This document shows, in pieces, positions 15,334 to 28,099 of a stretch of DNA of 64,000 nucleotides. The stretch is from assembly GCA_964016885.1 (NCBI GenBank), contig OZ024740.1, forward strand, positions 437,348,001 to 437,412,000, read 5' to 3'. Each line of letters starts with the position of its first letter. The stretch's first letter is position 1. Source of the DNA: Eledone cirrhosa (Eukaryota). The notes under the pieces are model-generated. The model did no database searches. It had not been told where the DNA came from and saw nothing but the letters and a program-made list of their open reading frames with translations. Position numbers and translations under genes: made by a program.

Positions 15334-15875
15334 ATATATATATATATGTATATATGTATTTATATATGTGTATATGTATTTATATATGTGTATATGTATT
15401 TATATATGTGTATATGTATATATATATGTGTATATGTATATATATGTGTATATATATGTATATATGTGTATATGTATATATCTATATATATGTGTGTATA
15501 TGTATATATGTGTATATATGTATATATGTGTGTATATGTATATATGTGTGTATATATGTACATATGTATATATATGTGGGTATATGTATATATATGTGTG
15601 TATATGTGTATATATATGTGTATATATGTGTATATATGTATATATGTGTGTATATGTATATATGTGTGTATATGTATATATATGTATATATATGTATATA
15701 TATGTATATATATGTGTACATATGTATATATATGTGGGTATATGTATATATATGTGTGTATATGTGTATATGTATACAGGTAAATATATATATGTGTATA
15801 TATATGTGTATATGTATACAGGTAAATATATGTATATGTATATATCCCACACTGTAAATATATGTATATGTATAT

Positions 15876-16027
15876 ATCCCACACTGTAAATGTGGTTGGT
15901 GTTAGGAAGGGCATCCAGCTGTAGAAAACCCGCCAGATAGTCCTATGCGAGCAAGATAACCACTCTTGCCTCAAGTGGGAAAACCCTCCGTCCAAACCCA
16001 TGCAAGCGTGGAACACGGACGTTAAAC

Positions 16028-16057
<30 letters not shown>
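15876..16057 (+). mobile_element. RTE family A 3' UTR fragment
   Basis: ggttggtgttaggaagggcatcc...cccatgcaagcgtggaacacggacgttaaac(gat)n. Confidence 0.92.
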
Positions 16058-16058
<1 letters not shown>

Positions 16059-16250
16059 TGTGTATATGTTTATATGTATATATATGTGTATATATATATG
16101 TGTATGTGTATATGTATATATTTATGTGTATATGTATATATATATATATATATCTATGTGTATATGTATATGTGTATATGAATATATATATATGTGTATA
16201 TGTATATATTTATGTGTATATATATATATATATATATGTGTGTGTATATG

Positions 16251-16283
<33 letters not shown>

Positions 16284-16443
16284 GTGTATATATATATATA
16301 TATGTGTATATATGTGTATATATATATATCTATATATTCATATATGTGTGTATATGTATATATATATATGTGTGTATGTATATATGTGTGTGTATATGTG
16401 TGTATATGTATATATGTGTATATATATGTATCCATATAATAAT

Positions 16444-16628
16444 TGTTTCTACTTTAGGCACAAGGCCAGCAATTAAACAGTAGATTACTGGTACTTTATT
16501 TTATCGACCCCGTAAGGATGAAAGGCAAAGTTAACCTCGGCGGGATTTGAACTCAGACTGTAAAGGGACGTAACTATGCTTGAAAGCATGGTGTCTGACG
16601 CTCTACCGATTCTGCCAATCTACCACCC
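16444..16628 (-). mobile_element. tRNA-head SINE with MetaSINE-like core; 19-bp TSD
   Basis: Core gccgaggttaactttgcctttcatccttacggggtcgataaaataaagtacc; tatgtatccatataataat duplicated at 16425-16443 and 16629-16647. Confidence 0.85.
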
Positions 16629-16640
16629 TATGTATCCATA

Positions 16641-17147
16641 TAATAATGAAATTATTGTGTACAGTGCTCAGGTGCACTACAACTCGTCAAAGGTGCATGT
16701 ATAGTACATAGAATAATATACAAATGTCAGGGAAGTGAATAGTGTATGAGTCATGATATATATGTGTGTATGGAGGGAGAATATTAGGTGTAGTGTTGGC
16801 GAATCTCAGTAAGCATGGAGGTTTTAAAGGATGCAGTGTCTCGACAGCTAACAACTGATGCAGGGAGCTTGTTCCATGCTTCAGCAACTCTGAGCGTAAA
16901 AAAATGTTTACGAAAGTAATGGGAGCTGTGCTGTTTTCTGACTTTGTTGGTTTGCCCACGTGTGTTAGACACATGAAAATGAAAAAGGTACTCAGGGTTG
17001 TTGTTGACAAGATGGTTAGTAATCTTGTGAGTGTTTACCGAGTCAGTTGCTAGCTTCAATGTATCCATGCCCAGGGAAGCAAGGCATTCAGAGTATGGTA
17101 GATGCCTGATGGAGTGTGTTGGCTTGGTTGCATGTCTCTGAACAGTT
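16641..17147 (-). mobile_element. CR1-like LINE 3' fragment
   Basis: NTRGQ..K...RKHFFTLRVAEAWNKLP..VV....ASFK motif; (ATT)n tail. Confidence 0.85.
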
Positions 17148-17323
17148 TATATATTTATATATATAATTGTTTCTACTTTTGGCACATGGTGTGTATATAT
17201 GTATGTTTATAAATATGTGTGCATATATATATATATATATTTATGTATGCATATCTATATATATATGTATATATATATATATCTATATAAATGTATGTGT
17301 ATGTACATATGTGTTATGTATAT

Positions 17324-19300
17324 GTGTCCCACTGTTCCAGAAGCTGAAAGCTTCTGGAACGGTGGGACACACCATGGTCACCCGGATAGTAAACAAAGTC
17401 ATCCAGAATGGGGTTGTTCCGAAGGACTGGCGTAGCAGCATCATCATTAACTGCTACAAGGGTAAAGGAGATGCCCTTGATAGGAGTAACTATAGAGGCA
17501 TTAAATTAATCGACCAGGTCATGAAGGTCACAGAACAAGTAATAGCGCAACTAATCAGAGAGAGAATTGATCTAGATGAAATGCAGTTCGGGTTTGTGTC
17601 AGGCAAAAGTACCACAGACGCTCTTTTCATTGTACGACAACTACAGGAGAAGTACCTATCTAAAAGTAAACCCCTATACTTAGCTTTTGTCGACTTGGAG
17701 AAAGCCTTCGACAGAGTCCCCCGTTACATTATCTGGTGGGCTCTTAGAAAACTAGGTGTTGATGAATGGCTTGTGAGAGCCATACAAGCCATGTATAAAG
17801 AAACAGTCAGCAAGGTTAGAATTAACAACGAATATAGTGAAGAGTTTAGCGTAAAAGTTGGTGTTCATCAGAGCTCCGTTCTTAGCCCCCTACTATTTAT
17901 TATTGCCCTCCAGGCTATAAGAGTGGAGTTCAAGACCGGCTGCCCATGGGAACTCCTATACGCAGATGATCTAACGCTCATAGCTCAATCAATGGCCGAA
18001 CTAGAGAAGAAATTCCAAACATGGAAGCATGGCCTAGAATCAAAAGGCCTTAAAATTAACCTGTCTAAGACTAAAGTTCTAGTTTGTAGGAGGGAAAATA
18101 GGGCACAGGTCCCATCCGGGAAATGGCCATGCTCAGTGTGTAGGAAAGGAGTAGGTAGAAACTCCATTTTATGTCCCAAATGCAAAGTATGGGTGCATAA
18201 AAGATGTAGTGGGATCACAGGTAAGCTAACTAAGAACATAGATTTTATATGTGGCCAGTGCTCTGGTGCAATAAGTAGCAGCAAGTGCCCACAGAATACT
18301 AGCTCTTTCAATTGCACAGATGGTTCTATAGAAATAGTGGACAGCTTCCGTTACCTGGGTGACAAAATCAGCAGTGGGGGAGGGTGCTCTGAAAGTACAG
18401 TAACTAGAGTCAGAACTGGATGGAAAAAGTTCAGAGAGCTTATACCACTATTAGCCGCTAAAGGGTTCTCCCTAAAAATGAAAGGCAGGCTGTATGATGC
18501 CTGCATACGAACATCAATGTTGCATGGCAGTGAGACCTGGGCATTGTGTGCAGAGGATATACACAGACTAGAGAGGAACGAAGCTTGCATGCTCCGCTGG
18601 ATGTGTAACAGTAATATACGTGAACGGCAAAGCATAAACGAACTAAGGAAAAAATTAGAGATAAGAGGGATCAGATGTTGTTTACTCGAGAGAAGGCTAC
18701 GTTGGTATGGTCACGTGATGCGCATGAAAGACGACAGCTGTATAAAAGAGTGCAGGGCAATAAAAATAGACGATAGCCACGGAGTAGGCAGACTCAGAAA
18801 AACCTGGGACGACTTGATAAATTCCGACCTCACACACTTACACCTCTCCAAGACAATGTCACTGGACCGAGATCTTTGGCGCTACACAGTAATAGAGAAG
18901 ACCTGCCTTACCAAAATACAAAGTAAAACCTACTACAGTCAGTAGGCATCTCTAACAAAATACACCCCCGTCCCACTACCCCCACCCTATCCACACCACC
19001 CCTTTCAATGTAAAGTTTTGTTGGTACCACAACATCCAGGCCGAAACAAATGAGGTCGTGTAGGTGTCACGACAAAAAAACACACAGTCCACGCTGTAAT
19101 GTGGCCGTGTAGGTAACACGGTAAAAACCTCCCAGTTCCACACTGTAAATGTGGTTGGTGTTAGGAAGGGCATCCAGCCGTAGAAAACCCGCCAGACAGT
19201 CCTATGCGAGCAAGACAACCACTCTTGCCTCAAGTGGGAAAACTCCAGTCCAAACCCATGCAAGCATGGAATATGGACGTTAAACGATGATGATGATGAT
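17324..19300 (+). mobile_element. RTE family A, 5'-truncated, open RT ORF (17341-18945)
   Basis: NYRGI, QFGF, AFVDLEKAFDRV, LYADD, FRYLG, HGSETW motifs; PHD-type finger; 3' UTR and (ATG)n tail. Confidence 0.96.
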
Positions 19301-19356
19301 ATATATACATATATATGTATATATGTATGTATGTATATATATATATGTATGTATGT

Positions 19357-19962
19357 CAGGTCACCAGTTGGTGCTACTGGTAACATGTATCCCAGCACAA
19401 CCTGTCCCATGGTCACGTCGTTAGCGACTAAACTGGCAACCCCACCAAGGTTTCTTGGTGAGGAGGGTGACTTTGGACATCCTGCAAGACTAAAAACAAA
19501 ACCTGTCAAAGGGCAAAGGAGCTCTTAAGAGTCAATGGCCATCCAAAATCACTGGGAGAGATTTCCCCTTAGCCTTTGATAAGGCAGAATTCTAGGAGAA
19601 GGAAAACTCTGATATAACACCTGCAACCCTGATGGTATCCAATGATGTTAACTTGTTCTTCTTTTTGGTAAATATCATCTTGGTTAAGAGAGTGGGACTG
19701 GCTTTGTGCAGTGTCTTTGCTCACTGTAAAAGCTTCACGGCACAGGCATTGCTTTATATCTGGAGATCTCTCTGCACTTGTTGTCACATGGTACCATTGG
19801 CCCAGCACTATGTGTCAATAATTGTCACAAGTGTAGTGTTTGTACCAGAGTTTTCAAGTCACTGGCTGGACTAAAAAGTCACACTCGTTCAGCGCATCGG
19901 TAGGGGTTCTCCCACATGGATATAAAGTAGTGGCCGTACTCGAAAACGAGTTGGCAGCCACC
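19357..19962 (+). mobile_element. Bipartite non-autonomous RTE-derived element, longer copy (~605 bp)
   Basis: Same junction as 9091-9505 plus ~200 bp of extra 5' sequence; terminal hairpin actcg-aaaa-cgagt; sits in (TATG)n. Confidence 0.7.
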
Positions 19963-20132
19963 ATGTATGTATGTATGTATATATATATGTATGTATGTAT
20001 GTATGTATAACCCATGCTAGCGTGGAAAATGGACGTTAAACGAAGATGATGTATGTATGTATGTATGTATATATATGTATGTATGTATGTATATATGTAT
20101 GTATATATATATGTATGTATGTATATATGTAT

Positions 20133-20570
20133 GTTCTTAGTTTTATAATTTCACAAAATTTTACCAATAGAGAGAGAGTCGGTTTCTAACAGACACAAGA
20201 CTCTCTCATTTGAATTTACACAACATCAACTAGGTAGATTATGTGTGTATGCATGTGCAGATATGGATGTTATTGTATGTGTGGATGTGGATATTTTGAG
20301 TTGCATGTGTGCATGTGTATATGCTTTGTATCTGTACATGTGTATATGCAGTTATTAGATGCAACATTTTTGGAATGTTTTACATATTTTTACTGTTCCA
20401 TTAATGGATTGTACTTGTAGCTTCCTAACTAGTTGTGTTCTTTCTGTTCCTGTGAAGCCCAGCTTCTCAAGATTTGTATTGAAGCAGTTACTAACATATC
20501 CCAGTGCCCCAATAATCACATGCATAAATCTGATGGTGTAATCAGGGTGGAGTATCTGCAGATTTCTCAT
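20133..20570 (-). mobile_element. R4/Dong-like (RLE-type) non-LTR retrotransposon 3' fragment
   Basis: C-terminus ...HVIIGALG...LQVQSINGTVKICKTF resembles the R4-clade end; 3' UTR hairpin gagagagtc...gactctctc. Confidence 0.6.
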
Positions 20571-21319
20571 CAGTCCTGCATAAATATTCCTACTACCATA
20601 CTATGGGGTTTACTGGGTATATTGTTACACCAACACTACCATACTATGGGGTTTACTGGGTATATTTCATTATTACCTCAACAGTAGTGCAATCAGACAA
20701 GCAGGGAGTGGATGTGATGGAATTTTCATGGGTAAGGATGTAGCAGAACACATGTGGCAATGTAGTGGGGGCATTGGCAGCTACATGTTGCTTGCTAAGA
20801 GTCTCATCTCTCTGCTACGTTTGCTAAGCTTCTCATGTCTCTGCTACATGTTGTTTGCCCAGAGTCTCATGTCTCTGCTATATGTTTGCCAAGACTCAAG
20901 TCTCTGCTACATGTTGTTTGCCAAGAGTCTCATCACTTAGAAAGGGAAAAACAAATGTTGGGTTTCACATGTGGCCTTGAAAAGAGGGAATGTCTAGAGG
21001 GAGCTCAGCATGGTGGGAAGGGAGGTAGATTCATAATATTTGGGGGTATATACAAAACTAAGACATTCCTTTACTTGAGAGCAGCATCATTCAATGGGCA
21101 TGAGAGGTGCTTAATCTGTCCCCATGATGGACATGTGTTGGACAGTGAGTAGAAGAAAGAAGGAGTGGGAATAATTAAGATGGTAAGGAATGGAATGAAG
21201 GACATGAGATGGTGGGGTGTGACTAACCTGAATTAGACAGAGGTTGATTCTGTGAAGGAGGAGAGAAGGACTATATTGTCAGGAGAGGTACATAATGTCC
21301 TATATATTCAGCTTGTATA

Positions 21320-21590
21320 CCATCATTGTTGCAAGGGAGGTAAATCTCCTGTCACCTCACTCCTGTGTCTCCTCCATGTTTTCCTACCTCTTCCTCTTCC
21401 ATCAGTTCCCTTGACTTTCAGTATTCTGTACTTCTTTGTCATATATATAATATATAAGATACAAAGTATGCACCTCTTAACCACTATCCTCCCTCCCTGT
21501 TCCATATACCTCTCACATCTGATCACGCCATCCTTCTCTCATGACTTTATACCCCTGTCCCAGTCCCCAGGCCACACAAAATGTTGAAAC
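21320..21590 (-). mobile_element. Old degenerate RTE 3' fragment
   Basis: KVKGTDGRGRGRKTW remnant. Confidence 0.55.
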
Positions 21591-21699
21591 CAAGCTAGAG
21601 ACTGTTCTGTATAAGCAAGACTGTCTTACCTGACCTGACTCAAATTAATCAAGACATATAAGCAGATAGCTGATTTAAAGTTTGCCACATGTGTGTGTG

Positions 21700-21825
21700 T
21701 ATCCTGGGTTCAATCGGAGGTAACCACAGTAAGGTACTCAATACGTAGCAGAGTATAAATATTTAACATAAAAATGGCTTCTACAGGATTAGAACTGTTT
21801 CATTCGAAGGAAATCATCAGAAAAC
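21700..21825 (-). mobile_element. Small repeat with type I hammerhead motif (21776-21825); Penelope-like terminal repeat
   Basis: CUGAUGA-uuuc-cuuc-gaau-GAAACAG-uucuaauc-CUGUA-gaagcc; family recurs at 26360-26420 and 36494-36667. Confidence 0.6.
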
Positions 21826-22726
21826 ACACATACACACACATATCAACACCAAAAAAGTTGAGAAATTAAAATTCAATGATTTATATGTACACACATCCGA
21901 AACTTGTGCAGCCCTCATAAGTTGGTTGGGGGATCAATCTAACATGTACTCACATGTACACATGTTCACATATATGTGTGATAACTTAGGTTTCGGCCAG
22001 TATAGGCCCAGGCCATGTCTAACTTATGAATATGTGTATATATCACACACACACACGTATCTCTTCAGCGCCCCCAACCCTATTTCCAGAAAGACCTGCC
22101 TACACCAAATTGTAAATAATACATAAATTAAATTGTTAATTTATATATAATATATAATATATACTATGTATAAATAAATATATATTTATTTTATTTTACT
22201 ATATATACTATGATGATGATGATATGTATAAATAAATAAATATATATATATATTATTTTATTTTACTATAAATATAATATGTATCATTTGATATTTAATA
22301 TACTATTTTATTATCTACTGCCCCCTAAGACCCCAGTGTCCCCTGGACCTTCTCAACACCCCCACAGCGGACGAGGGGGGGGGGGGTATAGTCCACTTTC
22401 AGAACCTCTGCTATAAATAATAGCTTTAAAGATCAGATAAAATACTTCTATGGACAGAAGTGGCCAGTGGCTGGTCAAATAATCCAACTTCATGTCTGAG
22501 TGCTCTAACCATTAAGCCAAGAGACCTCTGACAACAATTTCCATCTAAATTAGAATTCTATCATCTGATGGGCCGGTGTTAAATAGCTTTTAAATGTAAA
22601 TAGCATTGTATGTAAAATATTGAATTTTCGAAGCGATGAAGAATTATGAAGTTCCCAGAAAATGTTGGAAAGTCAGATACAGAAAGTAACTGTAAACACT
22701 TAGTTGTTATATATATAGTTATAAAG

Positions 22727-22791
<65 letters not shown>

Positions 22792-23575
22792 AAAGTGGTT
22801 GAAATATATTCTGTTTTGATATGTCTTAGTGCAAACTTATGAATATATTTCAATCACTTTCTTATAATGATTAAGGCTCGATTTTATTCTCTGAATTCTA
22901 TCTTGAGCTGTTTTTAGAGACAAGACATATGTTTGATTTTGTATCATTCATGACACCCGTTACTTTGAAAGTAATAATAATATATATATATATGTAGATA
23001 AATCTACCAAAATGTACGGTAGTGTCCAATCCGTATGAAGAACTCAATGTAATCCGAATATCATGAAAAGAGAAGATGTATTCAAAAGTTTTTTTTCAAT
23101 GAAAAATAACGGAAAACAGAGTCAAGATAAATAAAAATAATGAATAAACAAAGAAACAGTTCCTTATATTAAAAAATTCATCATTTTACGATCATTTCTA
23201 GGATATATATGTTAGTGTTGGTATGCATATCCTATAGATCTATGTAAAATTTTTACAAGCTATCAGAGGGAATATACATACCTACACATATATATGCTGT
23301 CTTCAGAAATAATGATATTTGTTTATTGAAAAAAACCAACAAAGATTTAATACAATAGGTCTGTTTGGGAACAGGTTTTGAATTGACCAATAGAAAGATA
23401 GTGAAGGTCAAGATGGTAAAATAGTAGTAAAAGAACCTTAATTTATGGGTAGAGGAAGGTAGATTTCAGTTTTGGATGGAAAGAATATTATGAATGAAAG
23501 ATTATTTTAGGGATGAAAATAGGTCGTATGCTGTCTTCAGAAATAATTATATTTGTTCATTGAATAAAACCAACA

Positions 23576-23615
<40 letters not shown>

Positions 23616-24311
23616 ATAATAATAAATGTGAAGACTAAAATCCAAAGAGGGCTCGATAAGGATAAATATATATTAAATATAAATATATAACTTTATAACT
23701 ATATATATAATACTTTAGAAAGTCCAGTAAAATACTTCTATAACAGGCTAAAGGGGACTGCAGCCACTACAAAGAATTGAGCATCATGTTTTCATAAGTT
23801 GAATGGTAGCAGGAAAAACAAGTTAAATTATATGTGTATATGTAACACTCTACATATGAAGTCTCTGATTCTATGTATGGCATGTGGGAAAACTGTGTAT
23901 ATGCTTTGCTGAGGAGATTTAATGAGATTGAAACATGACCACTACATTTATTTGGCTGGTATTAAGGCAAAGTCCTCTCTAACTGTAGTATCTAAAAATG
24001 TTCCAAAATATTTAGATCAATTGATACCATAGCATGCTTGATTTCTGCATTTAAAAGAGCTTTGATCCTAAAGTTGCCAGAACAGCCTTAGTTGATTAAA
24101 GTTGTCTCACTTTATGTAAAATGTACGATTTTATTTGTATATGGTGCCTGAGGTAGAATGCTCTCCTCAGATGTATGTGTCTTATAGAAGTATGTGCATG
24201 TTTGTGTATTTATCATCATTTTACGTCTGCTTTTCCCTGCTTGCAAGGGTGGGATTCTATGTATGTATGTATGTATATATATATATGTTTTTGTATATAT
24301 CTATCTATCTC

Positions 24312-24391
<80 letters not shown>

Positions 24392-25568
24392 TATCTCTAT
24401 ACACACACACACACACACAGAAAAATTCTTTCCACACTTCTAAGTATTACACTTACATAAAACACCTCTTTTTTTCACATTTTTTCTTGTACGTGTGTGT
24501 GGTGTGTAAACACATGTGTATGTACATATGTATTCTTGTACGTGTGTGTGTGTAAACACTTGTGTATGTACATATGTATTCTTTTATTGTTTTCAGAGGT
24601 CATTCAGTTGCACCCATGTATGTAATATATACATATATGTACATATGTAATTATGTATGTGTGTAATACACATGTATTTGTGTGTGTGTATATATATATG
24701 TGCATATAGATTTGTATGTGTGAAATATATGTGTGTGTATGTACATATTTATGTACATTATTATTATACATATATAATTGTGTGTGTATGTACATATGTA
24801 TTTGTGTGTGTATATATATATGTATATGTGCATATAGATTTGTGTGTGTGAAATATATGTATGTACATATATATTTGTGTGTGTATGTACATATGTATTT
24901 GTGTGTGTAATACATGTATATATATGTACATATATGTTTTGTGTGTGTATGTACATATGTATTTGTGTGTGTAAAGATTGTCGCCATTCAATGCCATGCA
25001 GCACATGTCGTCAGTACAACCTGAGGGGATATTTGCAGTAAAAAGATCAATATGCCTATAAGATATGTGGTAATAGTATGTATACTGCTTACATCTTACC
25101 AGTATATACACAATATACACCCCTGCAGTCCATCCACCTAACTCTGTGTCCCTCATCTCCCTCTTCATAGTTCTTACTCCCTTCACTTTCTCCTGTTAAG
25201 CTGCACCCCAGGGGGGGACTGCCTTGTCTTTTGTCTTTCATAGTGTCACTGAAGCACACATATTCCCTGTGGTGATTGGACCCTGATTGCTGTTGTTGGA
25301 TTCAAGCAAGCTGCTTTCTTTCTCTGGCTGGTCTCCCTGGGGGTCATGATAAATTGCTTCCCTAGGGATCATATATCCTGTCAGAGTTGTCAAAAGATGA
25401 GATGTGACCTAGATGAAGAAGTACCACCCAACAGAACATTGCTAGAATCTAATTTAATAGAAAGAGCATATATAAATATGTGATATACATGTATATGTGT
25501 GTTGTGTATCATCATCCTTTTACATTAGTCTATGTATATGTATAGCATACATACACACATACATATAC

Positions 25569-25980
25569 ATATAATTGAATAAACAAGAGAGATGAACACT
25601 AATATAAACATACATGTGTTCGAATGTAAGGACTAAAATTTGCTGGGGTAAAAAAATACTAACTACAGCAATATAGAATGTTATCCTTAACTTTAAATAT
25701 TAAATTAAGAAAAATAACACCTATACTGGGCAAAAATGCCTGGTAACATATAGGTCTGTTATTTTTCTTAATTTAATATTTAAAGTTAAGGATAACATTC
25801 TATATTGTTGTAGTTTGTATTTTTTCACCCCAGCAAATTTTAGTCCTTACGATTCGAACACATGTATGTTTATATTAGTGTTCATCTCTCTTGTTTATTC
25901 AATTATATTGTACGGCTCGGAACAGCTTTTTTCTTAGAGCTATTTAATTGTAAGGGACTACCCTGAGTTCTTAACTCAAT
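25569..25980. repeat. Fold-back element: ~157-bp inverted arms (25569-25725 and 25749-25908) plus a 70-bp unpaired extension
   Basis: Arms are near-perfect reverse complements. Confidence 0.92.
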
Positions 25981-26300
25981 ATATATATATGTGACAGCCA
26001 GCCATAAAACACCATAAAAAGTTCCTTTCCAACCCATTCTAATATAGGAAAGTGAATGTAAAAGCAATGGTGATGATATATACATACATATGTATATATG
26101 TATATACACATAAATCTCCAAAATGGCTGACTGAATACTTTTCTCATTCTTTTCTTTTATCTTTCTATTTTATCTTTTATGTCTCATTCTATCATCTGAT
26201 GGACCAGTGTCTGAAACTGTTAAGGCTCCTTTCCTCTTATTTCAAATGTTAAACTAATATATTTCTTCATTATACTGTCATCTGCTTTGTTTCTGTTTAC

Positions 26301-26361
<61 letters not shown>

Positions 26362-26428
26362 CAAGTTTAGTATAGAAATGGCTTCTACAGGACTAGAACT
26401 GTTTCATTCAAAAGAAATCATATATATA

Positions 26429-26528
26429 CAGTGCGTCTCCAAAAATGTATATACACTTCAACAGCCTTCTAATAAATATTGCCTGTTGAGGTAATCAAAG
26501 TATGTATACATTTTTTGGGGCCACCCTG
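26429..26528. mobile_element. Tc1/mariner-type MITE
   Basis: ~30-bp imperfect TIRs cagtgcgtctccaaaaatgtatatacactt / aagtatgtatacatttttt..ccaccctg; TA flanks. Confidence 0.75.
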
Positions 26529-26767
26529 TATATATGTATGTATGTATAAATATTGTGTGTGAATTTCGAATTTTCAAATTTACTAAGCACTGAGGAAATA
26601 TATTTATAAGATGTAGGAAGCTCTGTCACGGAAAATAACTAACTACAGTCAGTGGCTTTAAAATAGTTTATAAAAATAGTTTATAAAATAGTTTATAAAA
26701 ATAGTTTATAAAATAGTTTATAAAAATAGTTTATAAAAAGCAGGTAAAGATCCCTTGAGATAGAAAA

Positions 26768-26862
26768 ATGTTGTCAGTGGCTGCTACGAAGAATCAAACT
26801 CTGTATCTCCCAGTTACCAGCTAGATGCTCTAACCATTGAGATAAGGGACCCCTGACAACAT
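26768..26862 (-). pseudogene. tRNA-like sequence enclosed by a 10-bp inverted repeat (related copy ~22460-22548)
   Basis: tatctcaatggttagagca (A box) and gagtttgattc (B box); atgttgtcag...ctgacaacat. Confidence 0.5.
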
Positions 26863-26878
26863 CCTACCATCTCTCTCG

Positions 26879-26910
<32 letters not shown>

Positions 26911-27200
26911 TTTATGAAGAGTCAGGACCCCGCTGGCTGAACTCTTGCCGTTTCCACATCTACTTCCAGAGCCTATTACCCCAAGTATTGAGTCCTCTGG
27001 TAAGTAATGGTCTAACCAGTTTCAAGCTGAATCCATTCTGATTTATATATATATATATATTTAGGTTTGTTGGTTCACCACTGGATAGAACTGGTCATTC
27101 CGTATGGTCAACCTCGATGTAATATTATGGAGAGCACTCAACGTAATGCAACTCACCCGTCTTCATTTCTGTAGTTGGTGGTGCGAGTACGGAGTTAATT

Positions 27201-27562
27201 ATTATAAAATAACAGGAGGCTGGACTGGTGTAATTCCTTAAAAGGTTTATTATACTATGAACATTTCAATGACCGGGTTCAGTATGAATCTGGTGACATC
27301 ATCAGGTATTCGAAATATAACAAAGGAATATAATAAACAAAATCCTTGAGGGCGGCCGACCGGGCTAGAAGCTGCTAAATGTCCGGCCGCCCTCCTGTCT
27401 CTGATTTTCAGCCCCATGGATTTTGTCTATTATATTGCTTTGTTATATTTCAAATACCTGGTGATGTCACCTGATTCATACTGAACCCGGTCATTGAAAT
27501 GATCATAGTATAATAAACCTTTCAAGGATTTACCCCAGTCCAGCCTCCTGTTATTTTATAAT
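27201..27562. repeat. Palindromic element with ~148-bp arms, a hammerhead-like motif in each arm and a GC-rich central hairpin
   Basis: 27201-27348 is the reverse complement of 27415-27562; CTG(A/G)TGA...GAAA in both arms. Confidence 0.9.
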
Positions 27563-28099
27563 ATATATATATATATATATATATAATTTCATTGTTGTCA
27601 ATATATATATAGCAGGAGTCTCAAATTGAAGGACTCAAAGTGTCATTAAATCCTGAGGAATGGGTGAAACAGTGAAATAAAAGATGGGGTAGAGACATTA
27701 TTTCCACCAGTTATAATAACACTAATCTTCAATACAGCTGATAGGTTGCTATTCTATTGTATTTTTTTACATCGACATGAATATCCATATGATAGTAAGT
27801 GGGATATATGAATTAGTACAACATGTAGGGGCTCAAATTTTCCCTTTCAAATGTTCTACCACGGACCCTAGAATATTAAGTTTGTGTGCCACGTGTTTGA
27901 GATATTGATCTACTGAGTGATTGATTGCCAAAATTGTTAGGGTGTCAGACAAAATGATTTACAATATTTAGTTAATGTCTCTTTATGTGCCGAAGTCAAT
28001 TTTTGTCTTTCATCTTTCTGGGGTCAATAAAATAAAGTACCAGTCAAATACTAGGATCAGTGTAATTAACATACATATATATATAAATAAACATGTATG

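Noticed and set aside
27614-27910. hAT-like MITE (caggagtctcaaa...tttgagatattg), and a lone hAT-like end near 22400
   Set aside because: TIRs poor or unpaired and no matching 8-bp TSD
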